This document shows positions 1-13,928 of a DNA stretch of 64,000 bases, in pieces. The notes beneath the pieces are model-generated. The model worked only from the letters and a program-made list of their open reading frames with translations, searched no databases and was not told the DNA's origin. The DNA comes from Nitrospiria bacterium (lineage in GTDB: Bacteria > Nitrospirota > Nitrospiria > JACQBZ01): the NCBI GenBank assembly GCA_035498035.1, contig DATKAN010000061.1, forward strand, positions 19,720-83,719, written 5' to 3'. Position 1 is the first letter of the stretch; every line of letters starts with the position of its first letter. Made by a program: the position numbers and the translations under genes.

Positions 1-1288
<1,288 letters not shown>

Positions 1289-1292
<4 letters not shown>

Positions 1293-1930
1293 TTTCCCGC
1301 TCTTCGACCGAACGAATACCGGTCAACGATCATTTCAATATCCTTCGCCACGTCCCGCGGAGTTCGAGAGGCCTCGATGACCTTGATCCGCCGGGGCTCC
1401 ATCCGGGCCAAACGAAGATACCCCGCACGCACGCGTTCATGGAACTCCCGTTGTTCACGGTCCAGGCGGTTGCTTCTCCCGCGTTCCATGACGCGGGCCA
1501 ATCCCACCCGGACATCCAGGTCCAGGAGCAACGTCAGATGGGGCCTCAGCCCTTTGGCGGCGTAGCCCGCTGCCATTCGGACAAGTTTCATGTCGAGCCC
1601 CCGACCGAAACCCTGATAGGCCAAGGTCGCGTCGGAGAAGCGGTCGCACAGGACGATTTTTCCATTTTTCAAAGCCGGGAGAATGTTTTCTTCGAGATGT
1701 TGGGCCCGGCTGGCCAGGTAGAGAAAGAGTTCGGCCCGAGGATCCAGCCGGCGATTCTTGACGCTCAACAGCACCTCGCGGATCTGTTCGCCGAACGCGG
1801 TCCCGCCGGGTTCACGGGTGGAAACGACCGTGTGCCCGCGACGGATCAAATGACGGGCCAGAAATTCGATCTGGGTGCTTTTCCCGCTGCCCTCGGTGCC
1901 CTCGAACGTAATGAAAAAGCCGCGCGTCAT
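1289..1930 (-). CDS. tmk: Thymidylate kinase
   Basis: FITFEGTEGSGKSTQ P-loop, TREPGGT, CDRFSDATLAYQG. Start trimmed to MTRGFF (1930). Confidence 0.95.
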
Positions 1931-2018
1931 AAAATTGTGACAAGGTTCCATCGTGGCCGAATGCATCCGGCCGTAGAGAAACGGAAAGTTCGGGGCCGCC
2001 CGATAGGACGCCCCTGAT

Positions 2019-3959
2019 TTACTTTAGTACAATCAGATGATCGCTCGTTCGGTTGGGATACGCCACCGAAGAGAGCAAAAGAATTTGTGTATTTTGCGCG
2101 ATTTCTCGCAAAATGTCCAGCACCATTAATTGATGCGGGGGGTCCAGAAAGGGCAGGGGGTTATCGAGAATGAGGGGAAACGGGTAGAATTGGGATAGGG
2201 CCTGATCGACGGCAAGCTGGTGGATCATATGGCAAAGATCCTGTTGGCCTGAGCTTAAAATGTGCCACGGCAGGGGCTCATTTGTACGGGACGTCAACAC
2301 CGGCAACAGATCCTGGCCCAAGATCAATACGGCCTCGTTCAACCCCCCCGTCCGCTCGATCAGCCGGGTCATCCGGTTGCTCAGCTCCAGACGGCGATCA
2401 AGGAGCAGGGATTGAACCGGAGGCGTTTGAAGGCCGCCCCGGAATGAAGCCGAGACAAAATCGGGCCCTTCGCCGGAGGAGGCGGATCGCCGCGGCTCCG
2501 TGGGTACCGCCGACGCGGGTGGCGGATCGATCTTAGTTTTTTGGTCGGCCGTAAGCGGAATGGCCAGTTCCTGCTCCAGAATGCGGACCTCCTCCTGGAT
2601 CAAATAGATGTCCGACGGCAGCGTCGAGGACGCCTTCAGCTTGGTTTCAAGATCGGTGATTTGGCGTGTCAAGGTGTCCACATCGCTCTGCAATTCTTCA
2701 AGGGTTTTCTTTCCCAGGAACTGGTCCCGTTGCGATTCCAACTCGCGACGGGCCTGCATGAACTGCTCATAGGTTCTGACCTTCTCTTTCAGACTCGCGA
2801 CATTTGCACTGCCGGTTTTTTTCAACAGTTCGATGCACGGAGCGTTTTCTTTCTTGAAAACGGCCTCGGCCCGGGCCCGTTGTCGCTCGGCCTCACGTAA
2901 TTTTTCCTCGAGCCCCTTGCGTTTATTCAGTTTTCCAAAATCGAGATAACCCGCGTATCCCATCAGGCCCGCACCGGCCAGCATCAGGAGCACCAGCAGA
3001 TGCTGGAACAGGCCGATGAGGTTCAGATCGACCATAAGGATGAGCGAGACCAGGACCAGCACCCCTCCACCGATAAAAAACTTGGTGAGAAAGAACGGTT
3101 GATTGGGAATGGCCGCCATGTCCTGTTTAAGGAATTCTTCCTCCTCGGCAATCGTGGCCAGTTGCTCGTTCTTCAGATGTTCCTGCTGGGCCGAGGTTTC
3201 AAGAATGAGAGGATAGTCGTCGGGCAGGCCCCGCAACGATTCAAAGCCGCCTCCTTGCTGCTGGAGTCGGGTGAGCTCGGCCGTTTTTTCCGTGGCGACC
3301 CGAAGACGGCGTTTACTTTCCGCTGAACGGGCCTGCAAATCGGAGAGCTGGTCTTCCATGGCCGCGAGCCGATCGCCCTGGGTGAGAAACCCCTTGAGTT
3401 CCTCCAGCCGTTTTTGCTTTTGTGCGCGGTCCTGGGGAATCGATTTTGTTTCGGCGGTAAGAACGGGTGAGGATTGAGGAATGGGCGAAGAAGAACGGTC
3501 CTCGGCCTGGGATACACCCCCGGCCCGTGATGACGGCATCCAAGAGGCCCTCATCGTGAAGAGTCCTTCAAACGCTTTGAGGGGAAGGCCGCCGTTCTCG
3601 TCCGTCAGAAATTTTGCGATCGGCTCCTCTCCCTGCATCACGACATGAAACTTATTCGACGAATCCAATTCGGAAAGGCTGCTCTTACGACCGACGAAGT
3701 CGCGGATGAGACGGTAGACGCGATCATTTTTCGTCTTGAAGATCAGGCCGGCCTGGCCGATGTCGGTGGATTTTCGAGATTTTAGGCTGTCAACCGTCGC
3801 GTCTGAAATCGATGCGAGAACGGAAAGCAGGACATCGCACACGGTGCTTTTCCCGCTTCCGTTTCCACCCTGGATGAGATTCAAGCCCGGCTTGAAGGCC
3901 AGCCGGGTGAGCTGGGTAAAGTTCCTTATCCCGTAAAGGGCCAATTCAAGAAAGACCAC
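2019..3959 (-). CDS. AAA/SMC-like ATPase with coiled coils and an internal hydrophobic hairpin (YhaN-like)
   Basis: N-terminal Walker A GGNGSGKS, long coiled-coil, two hydrophobic segments, C-terminal ABC signature LSSGQQD and Walker B LILDNP. Confidence 0.7.
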   Translation of the reverse strand: MVFLELALYGIRNFTQLTRLAFKPGLNLIQGGNGSGKSTVCDVLLSVLASISDATVDSLKSRKSTDIGQAGLIFKTKNDRVYRLIRDFVGRKSSLSELDSSNKFHVVMQGEEPIAKFLTDENGGLPLKAFEGLFTMRASWMPSSRAGGVSQAEDRSSSPIPQSSPVLTAETKSIPQDRAQKQKRLEELKGFLTQGDRLAAMEDQLSDLQARSAESKRRLRVATEKTAELTRLQQQGGGFESLRGLPDDYPLILETSAQQEHLKNEQLATIAEEEEFLKQDMAAIPNQPFFLTKFFIGGGVLVLVSLILMVDLNLIGLFQHLLVLLMLAGAGLMGYAGYLDFGKLNKRKGLEEKLREAERQRARAEAVFKKENAPCIELLKKTGSANVASLKEKVRTYEQFMQARRELESQRDQFLGKKTLEELQSDVDTLTRQITDLETKLKASSTLPSDIYLIQEEVRILEQELAIPLTADQKTKIDPPPASAVPTEPRRSASSGEGPDFVSASFRGGLQTPPVQSLLLDRRLELSNRMTRLIERTGGLNEAVLILGQDLLPVLTSRTNEPLPWHILSSGQQDLCHMIHQLAVDQALSQFYPFPLILDNPLPFLDPPHQLMVLDILREIAQNTQILLLSSVAYPNRTSDHLIVLK

Positions 3960-4019
3960 GCTCCTCCTGCCAGCGGTCTAGGATGACTTAGAAACCTCCC
4001 GATAAATGCAAATAAACGC

Positions 4020-4048
4020 TTGCAACAATTAAGGAAAATGAGTATTAT
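4020..4048 (+). promoter_or_regulatory. Sigma70-type promoter for the glmU-glmS-gat operon
   Basis: TTGCAA-N17-TATTAT in the AT-rich divergent gap, about 110 nt upstream of glmU. Confidence 0.6.
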
Positions 4049-4159
4049 TAGATACGGCGCTTCAACAAACACGATGAATTTTCCGACGAACCGTATCAAG
4101 AATAATATTATCACAACTTTTCGGATTGTCATTCCGATCCGGGCCGAAAGGCGGCCAAG

Positions 4160-5575
4160 ATGACAATCGCCACCGTAATTTTGGCCGCCGGCCTGGGCAA
4201 GCGGATGAAATCCAAGCGGGCCAAAGTACTTCATCCGATCGCCGGTCGGCCCATGATTCTCTATTCCGTGGAAACGGCCCGACGGCTGCCGTCCGAAAAG
4301 ATCCTCGTGGTGGTGGCCCACCAAGCCGAGGCCGTGAAGCAGGCCCTGGAAAATCAGCCGACCGAGACCGTTCATCAAGGCCGGCCTCTGGGAACAGGGC
4401 ATGCGGTTCTTCAGACACAGGCGGCCCTCGCCGATTTCCCGGGACCGGCTCTGATCTTGAACGCGGACGTGCCGCTGATTACGGTCGAAACGATCCGGTC
4501 GATGCTCAAAGCCCATCAAGACCGGGGCCATGAGCTGACGCTTTTAACCGCGACGTTTTCCGACCCAAAAGGCTACGGCCGGGTGATTCGGAATCCGGGC
4601 GGCGATCCGATCTCCATCACGGAGGAGGCGGACGCTACGCCGGCTCAGCGGGCCATTCGGGAGATCAACACGGGATTTTATGTGGCCAATATTCCGTTTT
4701 TGTTTTCGGCGCTTAAAGAGTTGACGTCCGCCAATTCACAGCGGGAATATTATCTTACCGATATCGTGCAACTGGCCGTCCGGCGGGGCCTGAAAATCGG
4801 CGCGCTTCAGGCACAGGACCCGGAGGAGGTTACCGGGATCAACACCCGGGCGGACCTGGCGCGAATCGAGCGGGCCGTCCGCCGAAGGATCGCCGAGCGT
4901 CATCTCTCGGAGGGCGTGACTCTCTTGGACCCCGCGTCGGTCTGGATCGACGCGGACGTCACGATCGGACGAGACACCCTGATCTACCCGAACGTCCATC
5001 TGGAGGGCGCCAGCCAAATCGGAGAGGACTGCGTCATCCATTCCCATACGAGGATCACCAATTGTCGTCTGGGTGCCGCGGTAACGGTCCTGGATTCCTG
5101 CGTACTGAACGAAGCGGTTTTGGAGGAGGGCGCGAGGGTCGGACCGTTTGCGCATCTTCGTCCCGGGACGGTGCTCCATAAAGATTCGAAAATCGGGAAT
5201 TTTGTGGAGGTGAAGAAGACCGAGATGGGAGAGGGATCCAAAGCGAACCATTTGACCTATCTCGGAGACGCCTCAATCGGAAATAAGGTGAACATCGGGG
5301 CCGGTACGATCACCTGCAACTATGACGGCGTCAGCAAACACAAGACGATCATCGAGGACGAGGTCTTTGTGGGAAGCGACACCCAGCTCATCGCCCCGGT
5401 CCGGATCGGTCGAGGCGCCGTGATCGGAGCGGGGTCCACGATCACCCGGGACGTCCCTCCGGATTCCCTGGCCGTGGGCCGGGCCCGGCAGGAAATCAAG
5501 AAGGACTGGGCGAGGCGAGGAAAAAAAACAAAAGGGAAGGCCGAAAGGGAAGCGGTTAAATCCAAGAAGGATTAG
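4160..5575 (+). CDS. glmU: Bifunctional UDP-GlcNAc pyrophosphorylase / glucosamine-1-P acetyltransferase
   Basis: ILAAGLGKRMKS, LGTGHAV, EINTG, EYYLTD, hexapeptide repeats, GPFAHLRP, HLTYLGDA, ITCNYDG. Confidence 0.97.
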   Translation: MTIATVILAAGLGKRMKSKRAKVLHPIAGRPMILYSVETARRLPSEKILVVVAHQAEAVKQALENQPTETVHQGRPLGTGHAVLQTQAALADFPGPALILNADVPLITVETIRSMLKAHQDRGHELTLLTATFSDPKGYGRVIRNPGGDPISITEEADATPAQRAIREINTGFYVANIPFLFSALKELTSANSQREYYLTDIVQLAVRRGLKIGALQAQDPEEVTGINTRADLARIERAVRRRIAERHLSEGVTLLDPASVWIDADVTIGRDTLIYPNVHLEGASQIGEDCVIHSHTRITNCRLGAAVTVLDSCVLNEAVLEEGARVGPFAHLRPGTVLHKDSKIGNFVEVKKTEMGEGSKANHLTYLGDASIGNKVNIGAGTITCNYDGVSKHKTIIEDEVFVGSDTQLIAPVRIGRGAVIGAGSTITRDVPPDSLAVGRARQEIKKDWARRGKKTKGKAEREAVKSKKD

Positions 5576-5584
5576 ATCCTTGTC

Positions 5585-7414
5585 ATGTGCGGAATCATCG
5601 GATACATCGGAAAAAATGAAGCGGTTCCCATCCTGATCGAAGGGCTCCGCCGTCTTGAATACCGGGGGTATGATTCGGCCGGCATCGCCTACATTCAACA
5701 CGGCCGCATCGAGGTCCGTCGGTCGGTCGGAAAATTGGCAAATCTCGAAGCGGCGCTGTCCGGAGAAACGCCGGCGGGCCGCATCGGCATCGGGCATACC
5801 CGTTGGGCCACTCACGGACGGCCCTCGGAGGAGAACGCCCATCCCCATCGGGCCGGCTCCCTGGTCTTGGTTCACAACGGCATTATCGAGAACTATCTTC
5901 CGCTCAAACACCAACTGCAGACGGAGGGCCGAACCTTCCAGTCGGAAACGGATACCGAGGTGATCGTCCATCTTATCGACCGGCAGATGAGCCATGGAAA
6001 GGGGTTCGAGGAAGCCGTCCGTTCGGCCTTGAAGGAAGTTCGCGGCGCTTACGCCATCTGTGTCCTCTCCGAAAAAGAGCCCGATACCCTGATCGCGGCC
6101 CGGGAAGGCTGCCCCCTGGTGGCCGGTGTCGGGGACGGACAATATTTCGTGGCCTCGGATATACCGGCCATATTGAATCATACGCGGGATATTATCCTGC
6201 TGGATGATGGGGAGATGGCCGTCCTAACGCCCAAGGGGATCTCCGTAAAGGATTCGGCGGGCCATCCCAAAGAAAAACGGATCGAGGCCGTTTCGTGGAA
6301 TCCGGTCATGGCCGAGCGGAGCGGTTACAAGCATTTTATGCTGAAGGAAATTCATGAACAACCGCAGGCCGTCCTGGATACGTTTCGAGGCCGCGTCTTT
6401 CTTGAGGAAAACGCGGTGGCCCTTCCCGAAATCGGCCTGACCCCGGCGGAAGTGGACGGCCTTCAAAAAATCACGCTCGTGGCCTGCGGAACCTCGTGGC
6501 ATGCGGCCCTCATCGGCAAGTTCCTGATCGAAGAGCTGGCCCGCGTGCCGGTCGATGTGGACATCGGTTCGGAATTCCGTTACCGGGATCCGGTGCTGGA
6601 CCGCCGGTCGCTGCTGATCGCGATTTCCCAGTCGGGGGAGACCGCCGACACCCTGGCGGCCGTCAAGGAAGCCAAGGCCAAGGGCGCGCGGGTGGTGTCG
6701 ATCTGCAATGTGGTCGGGAGCACGATGGCCCGGGAATCCCACGGCGTGTTGTACACCCACGCGGGGCCCGAAATCGGCGTGGCGGCGACCAAAACCTTCA
6801 CGTCCCAGTTGGCGGCCCTTTATCTTCTGGCCTTCTACCTCGGAGCCTCCCGAAAAATGTTGAGCCCCCCGCGCGGGAATACCCTTTTGCAAGACCTGCA
6901 GCATCTCCCCCGGTTGATCGAGGAGACATTGAAGCAAGATCAGGCGATCTCCGAAATGGCGAAGCATTTCTTCAAGCACCGGGATTTTCTGTATCTCGGT
7001 CGGGGGATCAATTATCCGGTCGCCTTGGAGGGCGCATTGAAGCTGAAAGAGCTGTCCTACATTCACGCGGAAGGGTACCCGGCGGGCGAGATGAAGCACG
7101 GCCCGATCGCCTTGATCGATGAGAACATGCCGGTCGTGGTCCTGGCGCCGCAGGACAAAGTGTATGAAAAAGTCCTGAGCAACGTGATGGAGGTCAAGGC
7201 CCGCGGGGGCATCATTGTCGCCGTGGCCACGGAGGGGAATCGGGAGATCGAAACAAAAACCGACCATGTGATCAGGGTCCCCCCCGCACCCCTCCTCCTG
7301 ATGCCGATCGTTCTTTCGGTTCCGATGCAGTTGCTGGCCTATCATATCGCCGTGCTTCGCGGCTGCGACGTGGACCAACCCCGGAACCTCGCCAAGAGCG
7401 TGACGGTCGAGTAA
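5585..7414 (+). CDS. glmS: Glutamine--fructose-6-phosphate aminotransferase
   Basis: N-terminal [32 protein letters not shown]-terminal [15 protein letters not shown]. Confidence 0.98.
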   Translation: MCGIIGYIGKNEAVPILIEGLRRLEYRGYDSAGIAYIQHGRIEVRRSVGKLANLEAALSGETPAGRIGIGHTRWATHGRPSEENAHPHRAGSLVLVHNGIIENYLPLKHQLQTEGRTFQSETDTEVIVHLIDRQMSHGKGFEEAVRSALKEVRGAYAICVLSEKEPDTLIAAREGCPLVAGVGDGQYFVASDIPAILNHTRDIILLDDGEMAVLTPKGISVKDSAGHPKEKRIEAVSWNPVMAERSGYKHFMLKEIHEQPQAVLDTFRGRVFLEENAVALPEIGLTPAEVDGLQKITLVACGTSWHAALIGKFLIEELARVPVDVDIGSEFRYRDPVLDRRSLLIAISQSGETADTLAAVKEAKAKGARVVSICNVVGSTMARESHGVLYTHAGPEIGVAATKTFTSQLAALYLLAFYLGASRKMLSPPRGNTLLQDLQHLPRLIEETLKQDQAISEMAKHFFKHRDFLYLGRGINYPVALEGALKLKELSYIHAEGYPAGEMKHGPIALIDENMPVVVLAPQDKVYEKVLSNVMEVKARGGIIVAVATEGNREIETKTDHVIRVPPAPLLLMPIVLSVPMQLLAYHIAVLRGCDVDQPRNLAKSVTVE

Positions 7415-7433
7415 GGAAGGACGAGATGGTGTT

Positions 7434-7730
7434 ATGAAACTCTCCAAAGAAGAAGTGGAACACGTGGCGAAGCTGGCGCGGCTGGCTGTCAGCGAGGAGG
7501 AGAAGGAGGCATTCAGCCGCCAGCTCTCCGAGATTCTCACGTACATCGGAAAGCTAAACGAGCTGGACACCTCGAAGGTGGAGCCTACGTCCCACGTGCT
7601 GGACCTGAGCAACGTGCTGCGGGACGATGTGATTCGGAAAAGCCTGGCTCCGGAGGACGTCCTGGCCAACGCGCCCGACCGTGTCAACAACTTTTTCCGC
7701 GTGCCCAAGATCATCGAAGAGAGGGAGTGA
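7434..7730 (+). CDS. gatC: Asp/Glu-tRNA amidotransferase subunit C
   Basis: [11 protein letters not shown]...[12 protein letters not shown]...FFRVPKII; position before gatA/gatB. Confidence 0.93.
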   Translation: MKLSKEEVEHVAKLARLAVSEEEKEAFSRQLSEILTYIGKLNELDTSKVEPTSHVLDLSNVLRDDVIRKSLAPEDVLANAPDRVNNFFRVPKIIEERE

Positions 7731-8089
7731 CCATGCTGCGATTGATGTTGCGTTCAAAGATCCACCGGGCCACCGTGACGGACGCGAACCTGGATTACGA
7801 GGGAAGCCTGACGGTGGATGAAAATCTGCTGGAGGCGGCCGGGATCCTGCCCTACGAACAGGTGATGGTTTCCAATATCAACAACGGGGAACGTTTCGAG
7901 ACCTACGTGATCCCCTCGGGCCAGCGCGGCAGCGGGGTAATTTGCCTCAACGGTCCGACGGCGCGAAAAGGGGTGATCGGGGACCGGGTCGTGATTTTCT
8001 GCTATGAGTACTATAACGACCAGGAATTGAAAACCTATAAACCGACCATCATCAAAGTCGACGAAAAAAACCGTCTCATCAAAAGGTAA
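7727..8089 (+). CDS. panD: Aspartate 1-decarboxylase proenzyme
   Basis: [19 protein letters not shown] (Gly-Ser self-cleavage site), [17 protein letters not shown]. Confidence 0.95.
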   Translation: MTMLRLMLRSKIHRATVTDANLDYEGSLTVDENLLEAAGILPYEQVMVSNINNGERFETYVIPSGQRGSGVICLNGPTARKGVIGDRVVIFCYEYYNDQELKTYKPTIIKVDEKNRLIKR

Positions 8090-8097
8090 GAGGGCTT

Positions 8098-9558
8098 GTG
8101 GACCTTTCCCGATCGACGATCCATGAACTGCACGAACAATTGAAAAACCACAAGACCACCTCGCGGGAACTCACCCGCTCGGTTCTCCAGAGGATCGAGG
8201 CGGTGGAGTCGCGGATCCATGCCTTTGCCACCGTGACGGCCGAGCCGGCGCTGACCCAGGCCGAGGCCGCCGACCGGTGGCTTCAGTCCGGACGGCCGGC
8301 CCATCCGCTGACGGGTATTCCGATCGCCTTGAAAGACAACCTCTGCACAAAAGGCCTGCGGACCACCTGCGCTTCGAAGATCCTTGAAAACTTCGTCCCG
8401 CCCTACGACGCGACCGTGGTGGGACGGCTGAAAGAATTCGGCGCGGTGTTCATCGGCAAGACCAACATGGATGAATTCGCGATGGGCTCCTCCACCGAGA
8501 ACTCGGCCCTGGGCCTGACGGTCAATCCGTGGGACTTGAACCGGATTCCGGGAGGATCCTCCGGCGGATCGGCGGCGGCCGTGGCGGCGGACGCCTGCAT
8601 TGCGGCGCTGGGATCGGACACGGGCGGATCGATCCGGCAGCCGGCCGCGATGTGCGGCGTCGTCGGATTAAAGCCCACGTACGGACGGGTCTCGCGCTAC
8701 GGCCTGGTGGCCTTCGCGTCCTCCCTGGACCAGATCGGGCCGCTGACGAAGGACGTGACGGACTGCGCCATCCTGCTGAGCGCCATCGGCGGTCATGACC
8801 CGCAGGATTCCACCTCGGCCGACCTTCCCGCGGAAGACTACGCCCGCACCCTGAGCCGGGACCTCTCCGGACTGCGGATCGGGATTCCGAAGGAGTATTT
8901 CATCGACGGGATGGAGCCGGAGGTGCTTCACGCAGTCAAGGAAGCCGTCCGGACGATGGAAAGACTCGGCGCGAAAAAGCGGGAGGTTCTCCTGCCGCAC
9001 ACGGACTATGCGATCGCCACCTATTATATTCTGGCGACGGCCGAGGCCAGCTCCAATCTCGCGCGCTACGACGGCGTGAAGTACGGATCCCGGGCCAAAC
9101 CGACGAAGGACCTTCTCGAAATGTACATGAAGACCCGCCAGGCCGGCTTCGGCCCGGAGGTCAAGAGGCGCATCATGCTGGGAACCTATGCGCTCTCATC
9201 GGGCTACTACGACGCCTATTACCGAAAGGCCCAATCGGTCCGGACCTTGATCAAAAGCGATTTCGACGAGGCCTTCAAGCAGGTCGATGTCCTCGTAACG
9301 CCGACCGCGCCCTCCGCCGCCTTCAAGATCGGGGAGAAGACCCAGGACCCGCTCCAGATGTATCTGTCGGACATCTTCACGATCTCGGTGAACATCGCCG
9401 GGATTCCGGCGGTCTCGCTTCCCTGCGGCTTCACCAAGGCGGGCCTTCCGATCGGTCTGCAGATCATGGGCCGGCCCTTCGCCGAGGAGACGATCCTGAA
9501 AGCGGCCTATGCCTATGAACAGGCGACGGAATGGCATAAGAGAAGGGCCAACCTTTAA
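8098..9558 (+). CDS. gatA: Asp/Glu-tRNA amidotransferase subunit A
   Basis: Amidase signature [41 protein letters not shown]. Confidence 0.97.
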   Translation: MDLSRSTIHELHEQLKNHKTTSRELTRSVLQRIEAVESRIHAFATVTAEPALTQAEAADRWLQSGRPAHPLTGIPIALKDNLCTKGLRTTCASKILENFVPPYDATVVGRLKEFGAVFIGKTNMDEFAMGSSTENSALGLTVNPWDLNRIPGGSSGGSAAAVAADACIAALGSDTGGSIRQPAAMCGVVGLKPTYGRVSRYGLVAFASSLDQIGPLTKDVTDCAILLSAIGGHDPQDSTSADLPAEDYARTLSRDLSGLRIGIPKEYFIDGMEPEVLHAVKEAVRTMERLGAKKREVLLPHTDYAIATYYILATAEASSNLARYDGVKYGSRAKPTKDLLEMYMKTRQAGFGPEVKRRIMLGTYALSSGYYDAYYRKAQSVRTLIKSDFDEAFKQVDVLVTPTAPSAAFKIGEKTQDPLQMYLSDIFTISVNIAGIPAVSLPCGFTKAGLPIGLQIMGRPFAEETILKAAYAYEQATEWHKRRANL

Positions 9559-9576
9559 TTTGAATTTTGAGATGGA

Positions 9577-11046
9577 GTGAATCGAATGCCGCCGGCCGGA
9601 ACGAAACAAGAGGTGAAATACGAAGTCGTCGTCGGCCTGGAAGTCCACGCGCAGCTCAAGACGGCCTCCAAGATTTTCTGCGGCTGCAGCACCAAATTCG
9701 GGGCGGCCCCCAATACGCAGACCTGCCCCATCTGCCTGGGGATGCCCGGAGTGCTGCCTGTTCTCAATCGCCGCGTCCTGGAGATGGCCGTCAAGACCGG
9801 CCTGGCCCTGCACGGCCGGATCGCTCCCTACAGCCGCTTCGCCCGGAAAAATTATTTCTACCCCGACCTGCCCAAGGGATATCAAATCTCGCAGTACGAG
9901 CTGCCGTTGTGCGAGCACGGCTATCTGGAGGTGGCCGTCAACGACCGGATCAAGCGCATCGGAATTCGCCGGATTCACATGGAGGAAGATGCGGGAAAGA
10001 ATCTTCACGAGGGCCTGGACGCCGCCAGTCATGTGGATCTCAATCGCGCCGGCGTGCCGCTGCTCGAGATCGTGAGCGAGCCCGACATCCGGTCGATCGA
10101 TGAAGCCGTGGCCTATCTCCGGGCCCTTCGGGACATCCTGGTGTACCTGGACGTCTGCGATGGAAACATGGAGGAGGGGAGCCTGCGCTGCGAGCCCAAC
10201 CTGTCGCTGAGACCGGTGGGACAAAAGGAGTTCGGGACCCGCGTCGAGTTGAAAAATATCAACTCATTCCGGTTCGTCCAGAAGGCGATGGAGTACGAAC
10301 TTCGTCGCCAGGAGAAGGTCCTGCGCGAAGGCGGACGGATCGTTCAGGAGACCCGGCTCTGGAACACCGAGAAAGAGATCACGGTCGTGATGCGCGGCAA
10401 GGAAGAAGCCCATGACTACCGTTATTTCCCAGAACCGGATCTCGTCCCGCTGGTGATCCCCGCCGATCTGATCGAGGAGGTCCGCAAGACGCTTCCGGAG
10501 CTCCCGGACGCCAAGCGCGAACGGTTCGTCCGAGACTACGGAATCCCGGTTTACGACGCCGAGGTCCTCACGACGTCCAAGGACCTTGCCCATTATTTCG
10601 AAGCCTGCGTCGGGGCCTATCCTCAACCCAAAACGGTCAGCAACTGGATCATGACCGAGTTGCTCCGGGAATTGAAAAACAGCGGACGGGAGATCACCGA
10701 CTGTCCGATCCTCCCGGATCGGCTGGCCGGGCTGCTCAAAATGATCGATGCCGGAACGATCAGCGGGAAGATCGCCAAGACGGTCTTCGAGGAAATGTAT
10801 CGGACCGGCCGTCCGGCCGAGGCGATCGTCAAGGAAAAGGGGCTGGTACAGATCAGCGACGAGGGGGCCCTCGAGGCCTTGATCGATGAGGTCCTTCAAG
10901 CCCACCCGAACGAGCGGGACGCCTACCGCCAGGGCAAGAGCCAGCTCCTCGGTTTCTTTGTCGGGCAGGTGATGAAGCGGTCTCAGGGAAAGGCCAATCC
11001 CGGCAAGGTGAATGAACTGCTGAAGAAGAAACTGAGTGAGGACTGA
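9577..11046 (+). CDS. gatB: Asp/Glu-tRNA amidotransferase subunit B
   Basis: [44 protein letters not shown]-terminal YqeY-like GFFVGQVMK. Confidence 0.97.
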   Translation: MNRMPPAGTKQEVKYEVVVGLEVHAQLKTASKIFCGCSTKFGAAPNTQTCPICLGMPGVLPVLNRRVLEMAVKTGLALHGRIAPYSRFARKNYFYPDLPKGYQISQYELPLCEHGYLEVAVNDRIKRIGIRRIHMEEDAGKNLHEGLDAASHVDLNRAGVPLLEIVSEPDIRSIDEAVAYLRALRDILVYLDVCDGNMEEGSLRCEPNLSLRPVGQKEFGTRVELKNINSFRFVQKAMEYELRRQEKVLREGGRIVQETRLWNTEKEITVVMRGKEEAHDYRYFPEPDLVPLVIPADLIEEVRKTLPELPDAKRERFVRDYGIPVYDAEVLTTSKDLAHYFEACVGAYPQPKTVSNWIMTELLRELKNSGREITDCPILPDRLAGLLKMIDAGTISGKIAKTVFEEMYRTGRPAEAIVKEKGLVQISDEGALEALIDEVLQAHPNERDAYRQGKSQLLGFFVGQVMKRSQGKANPGKVNELLKKKLSED

Positions 11047-11048
11047 AA

Positions 11049-12410
<1,362 letters not shown>

Positions 12411-12423
12411 GGGTGATCAACTC

Positions 12424-12579
12424 GGCCAGCCAGGCGAGCGAGAGGGGGAGGACTTCGACGAGCTCGGTCGAGTCGCTCCCTCTGGCTTGGCCAGCGGATT
12501 AAGCGAGGATCGGGCTTTGCCTGTCCGAGCGCGGGGTCCGGGGGCATCGCAGGACGCGAAGCCCGCATGGGCCCCCGGA
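12424..12579. repeat. GC-rich two-hairpin intergenic element (MITE-like or structured RNA)
   Basis: Long interrupted hairpin at 12424-12492 (GGCCAGCCAG...CTGGCTTGGCC, AGAGGG/CCCTCT, TCGAC/GTCGA) and a second hairpin TCCGGGGGC...GCCCCCGGA at 12537-12579. Confidence 0.5.
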
Positions 12580-12611
12580 TAAAATAAGCGGCGAGGTGAG
12601 CCCCTACAATT

Positions 12612-12974
12612 ATGGCCCGCTGGAATCGCAGCAAACAAACGGTCGAGCGACATCAGAAACTTCGCCGCCATTTCTTTTGGGGAGTCGGAGTGCTGGTCGG
12701 GCTCTACCTGCTGGTCCCGTTGATCGTCGGTGATATGGGCCTGGTAAAATATTTCAAGATGCGCAATACCTATCATCAACTGCAGCAGGAAATCCAACAG
12801 CTGTCGGAAGAAAATCAAAAAATCGAAAAGGAAATCCGCGCGCTGCGTTCCGATCCGGTCAAGATCGAACAGTTTGCACGCGAGCGTTTGGGGATGGTGC
12901 GACCGGGCGAAGTGGTATATCAATTCGAGCCGGCCGACCGGCCGCGGAAACCGCCGGAATCGTCCCGGCCATGA
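12612..12974 (+). CDS. ftsB: Septum formation initiator / cell division protein FtsB (DivIC family)
   Basis: Single TM helix, coiled coil, IEQFARERLGMVRPGEVVY; follows eno. Confidence 0.85.
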   Translation: MARWNRSKQTVERHQKLRRHFFWGVGVLVGLYLLVPLIVGDMGLVKYFKMRNTYHQLQQEIQQLSEENQKIEKEIRALRSDPVKIEQFARERLGMVRPGEVVYQFEPADRPRKPPESSRP

Positions 12975-12981
12975 ACGATTC

Positions 12982-13899
12982 ATGAACCCAACGGCGTTTC
13001 ATTCCGGTTTTGTCTCGATCATCGGCCGTCCCAATGTCGGAAAGTCGACCCTCCTGAATCAAATCCTGCAGGAAAAGATCGCGATCGTTTCGGATAAACC
13101 CCAGACGACCCGAAACCGTATCCTGGGGGTCAAGAATCTCCCCCACGCGCAGATCGTCCTTCTGGATACTCCGGGGATCCACAAACCCAAGTACAAACTC
13201 AACCATCGAATGGTGAGTGTCGCGCTGGGGACTCTGGAAGAGGTCGATCTGATATTTTTCATGGTCGAAGCCACGGATGCGGCCTCGACCGGCCGGATCG
13301 GACCCGCCATCGGGAGCGGCGATCAGTACATTTTGGAGCGATTGAAGGAACTGGAAACCCCCGTCTTCCTCGTGGTGAACAAAATGGACCTGATCAAAAA
13401 AGAAAAAACGATCCCGCTGGTGGAGGAATACACCCGACGATTCAAGTTTGCCGAGGTGGTCCCGATCTCGGCCCTGTCCGGCGACAACGTGGATCGCCTG
13501 ATGGAGATCGCCGCGGACCGCCTGCCTGAAGGCGAGCCGTTTTTTCCTCCCGAGGTCGTGACGGATCAACCGGTCCGTTTCATCGCCATCGAAACGATCC
13601 GGGAGAAGATCCTCCATCATACCCGGCAGGAAATTCCATATTCGGTGGCCGTCATGATTGAAACGTTCAGGGAGGAGGCGAAAAAACCGGTTCATATCCG
13701 TGCCGTGATCCTGGTGGAGCGGGATTCGCAAAAGGGGATCTTAATCGGAAAAAAGGGGGAAATGTTAAAGACGGTCGGGACCGAAGCCCGGATCGAGCTG
13801 GAGGCGTTGTTGGGAACGAAGGTATTCTTGGAGTTATGGGTGAAGGTCCAGAAAGATTGGCGGCAGGATGAAACCGTCCTGAAGGAAATAGGATACTAA
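12982..13899 (+). CDS. era: GTPase Era
   Basis: SGFVSIIGRPNVGKSTL, KPQTTR, DTPG, NKMD, KH domain with GILIGKKG. Start trimmed to MNPTAF. Confidence 0.96.
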   Translation: MNPTAFHSGFVSIIGRPNVGKSTLLNQILQEKIAIVSDKPQTTRNRILGVKNLPHAQIVLLDTPGIHKPKYKLNHRMVSVALGTLEEVDLIFFMVEATDAASTGRIGPAIGSGDQYILERLKELETPVFLVVNKMDLIKKEKTIPLVEEYTRRFKFAEVVPISALSGDNVDRLMEIAADRLPEGEPFFPPEVVTDQPVRFIAIETIREKILHHTRQEIPYSVAVMIETFREEAKKPVHIRAVILVERDSQKGILIGKKGEMLKTVGTEARIELEALLGTKVFLELWVKVQKDWRQDETVLKEIGY

Positions 13900-13928
13900 A
13901 GTTTGACATTAAGAAAATATTATAACGT

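Noticed and set aside
1992-2015. Hairpin resembling the REP at 39548-39573
   Set aside because: Only about 17 of 26 positions match and there is no GTAG end; it cannot be distinguished from a chance GC-rich hairpin.
4141-4156. GCC-GAAA-GGC hairpin before glmU as a riboswitch or glmS ribozyme
   Set aside because: The stem is too short, no other conserved elements are present, and glmS follows glmU after only 9 nt.
6224-7714. Long antisense ORFs (also 11085-12326, 15010-16371, 46148-47308, 38731-40104 and many others)
   Set aside because: They are shadows of well-supported GC-rich genes on the opposite strand and have no recognisable motifs.
13903-13926. TTGACA...TATAAC before recO
   Set aside because: The spacer is only 12 nt, incompatible with sigma70 geometry.
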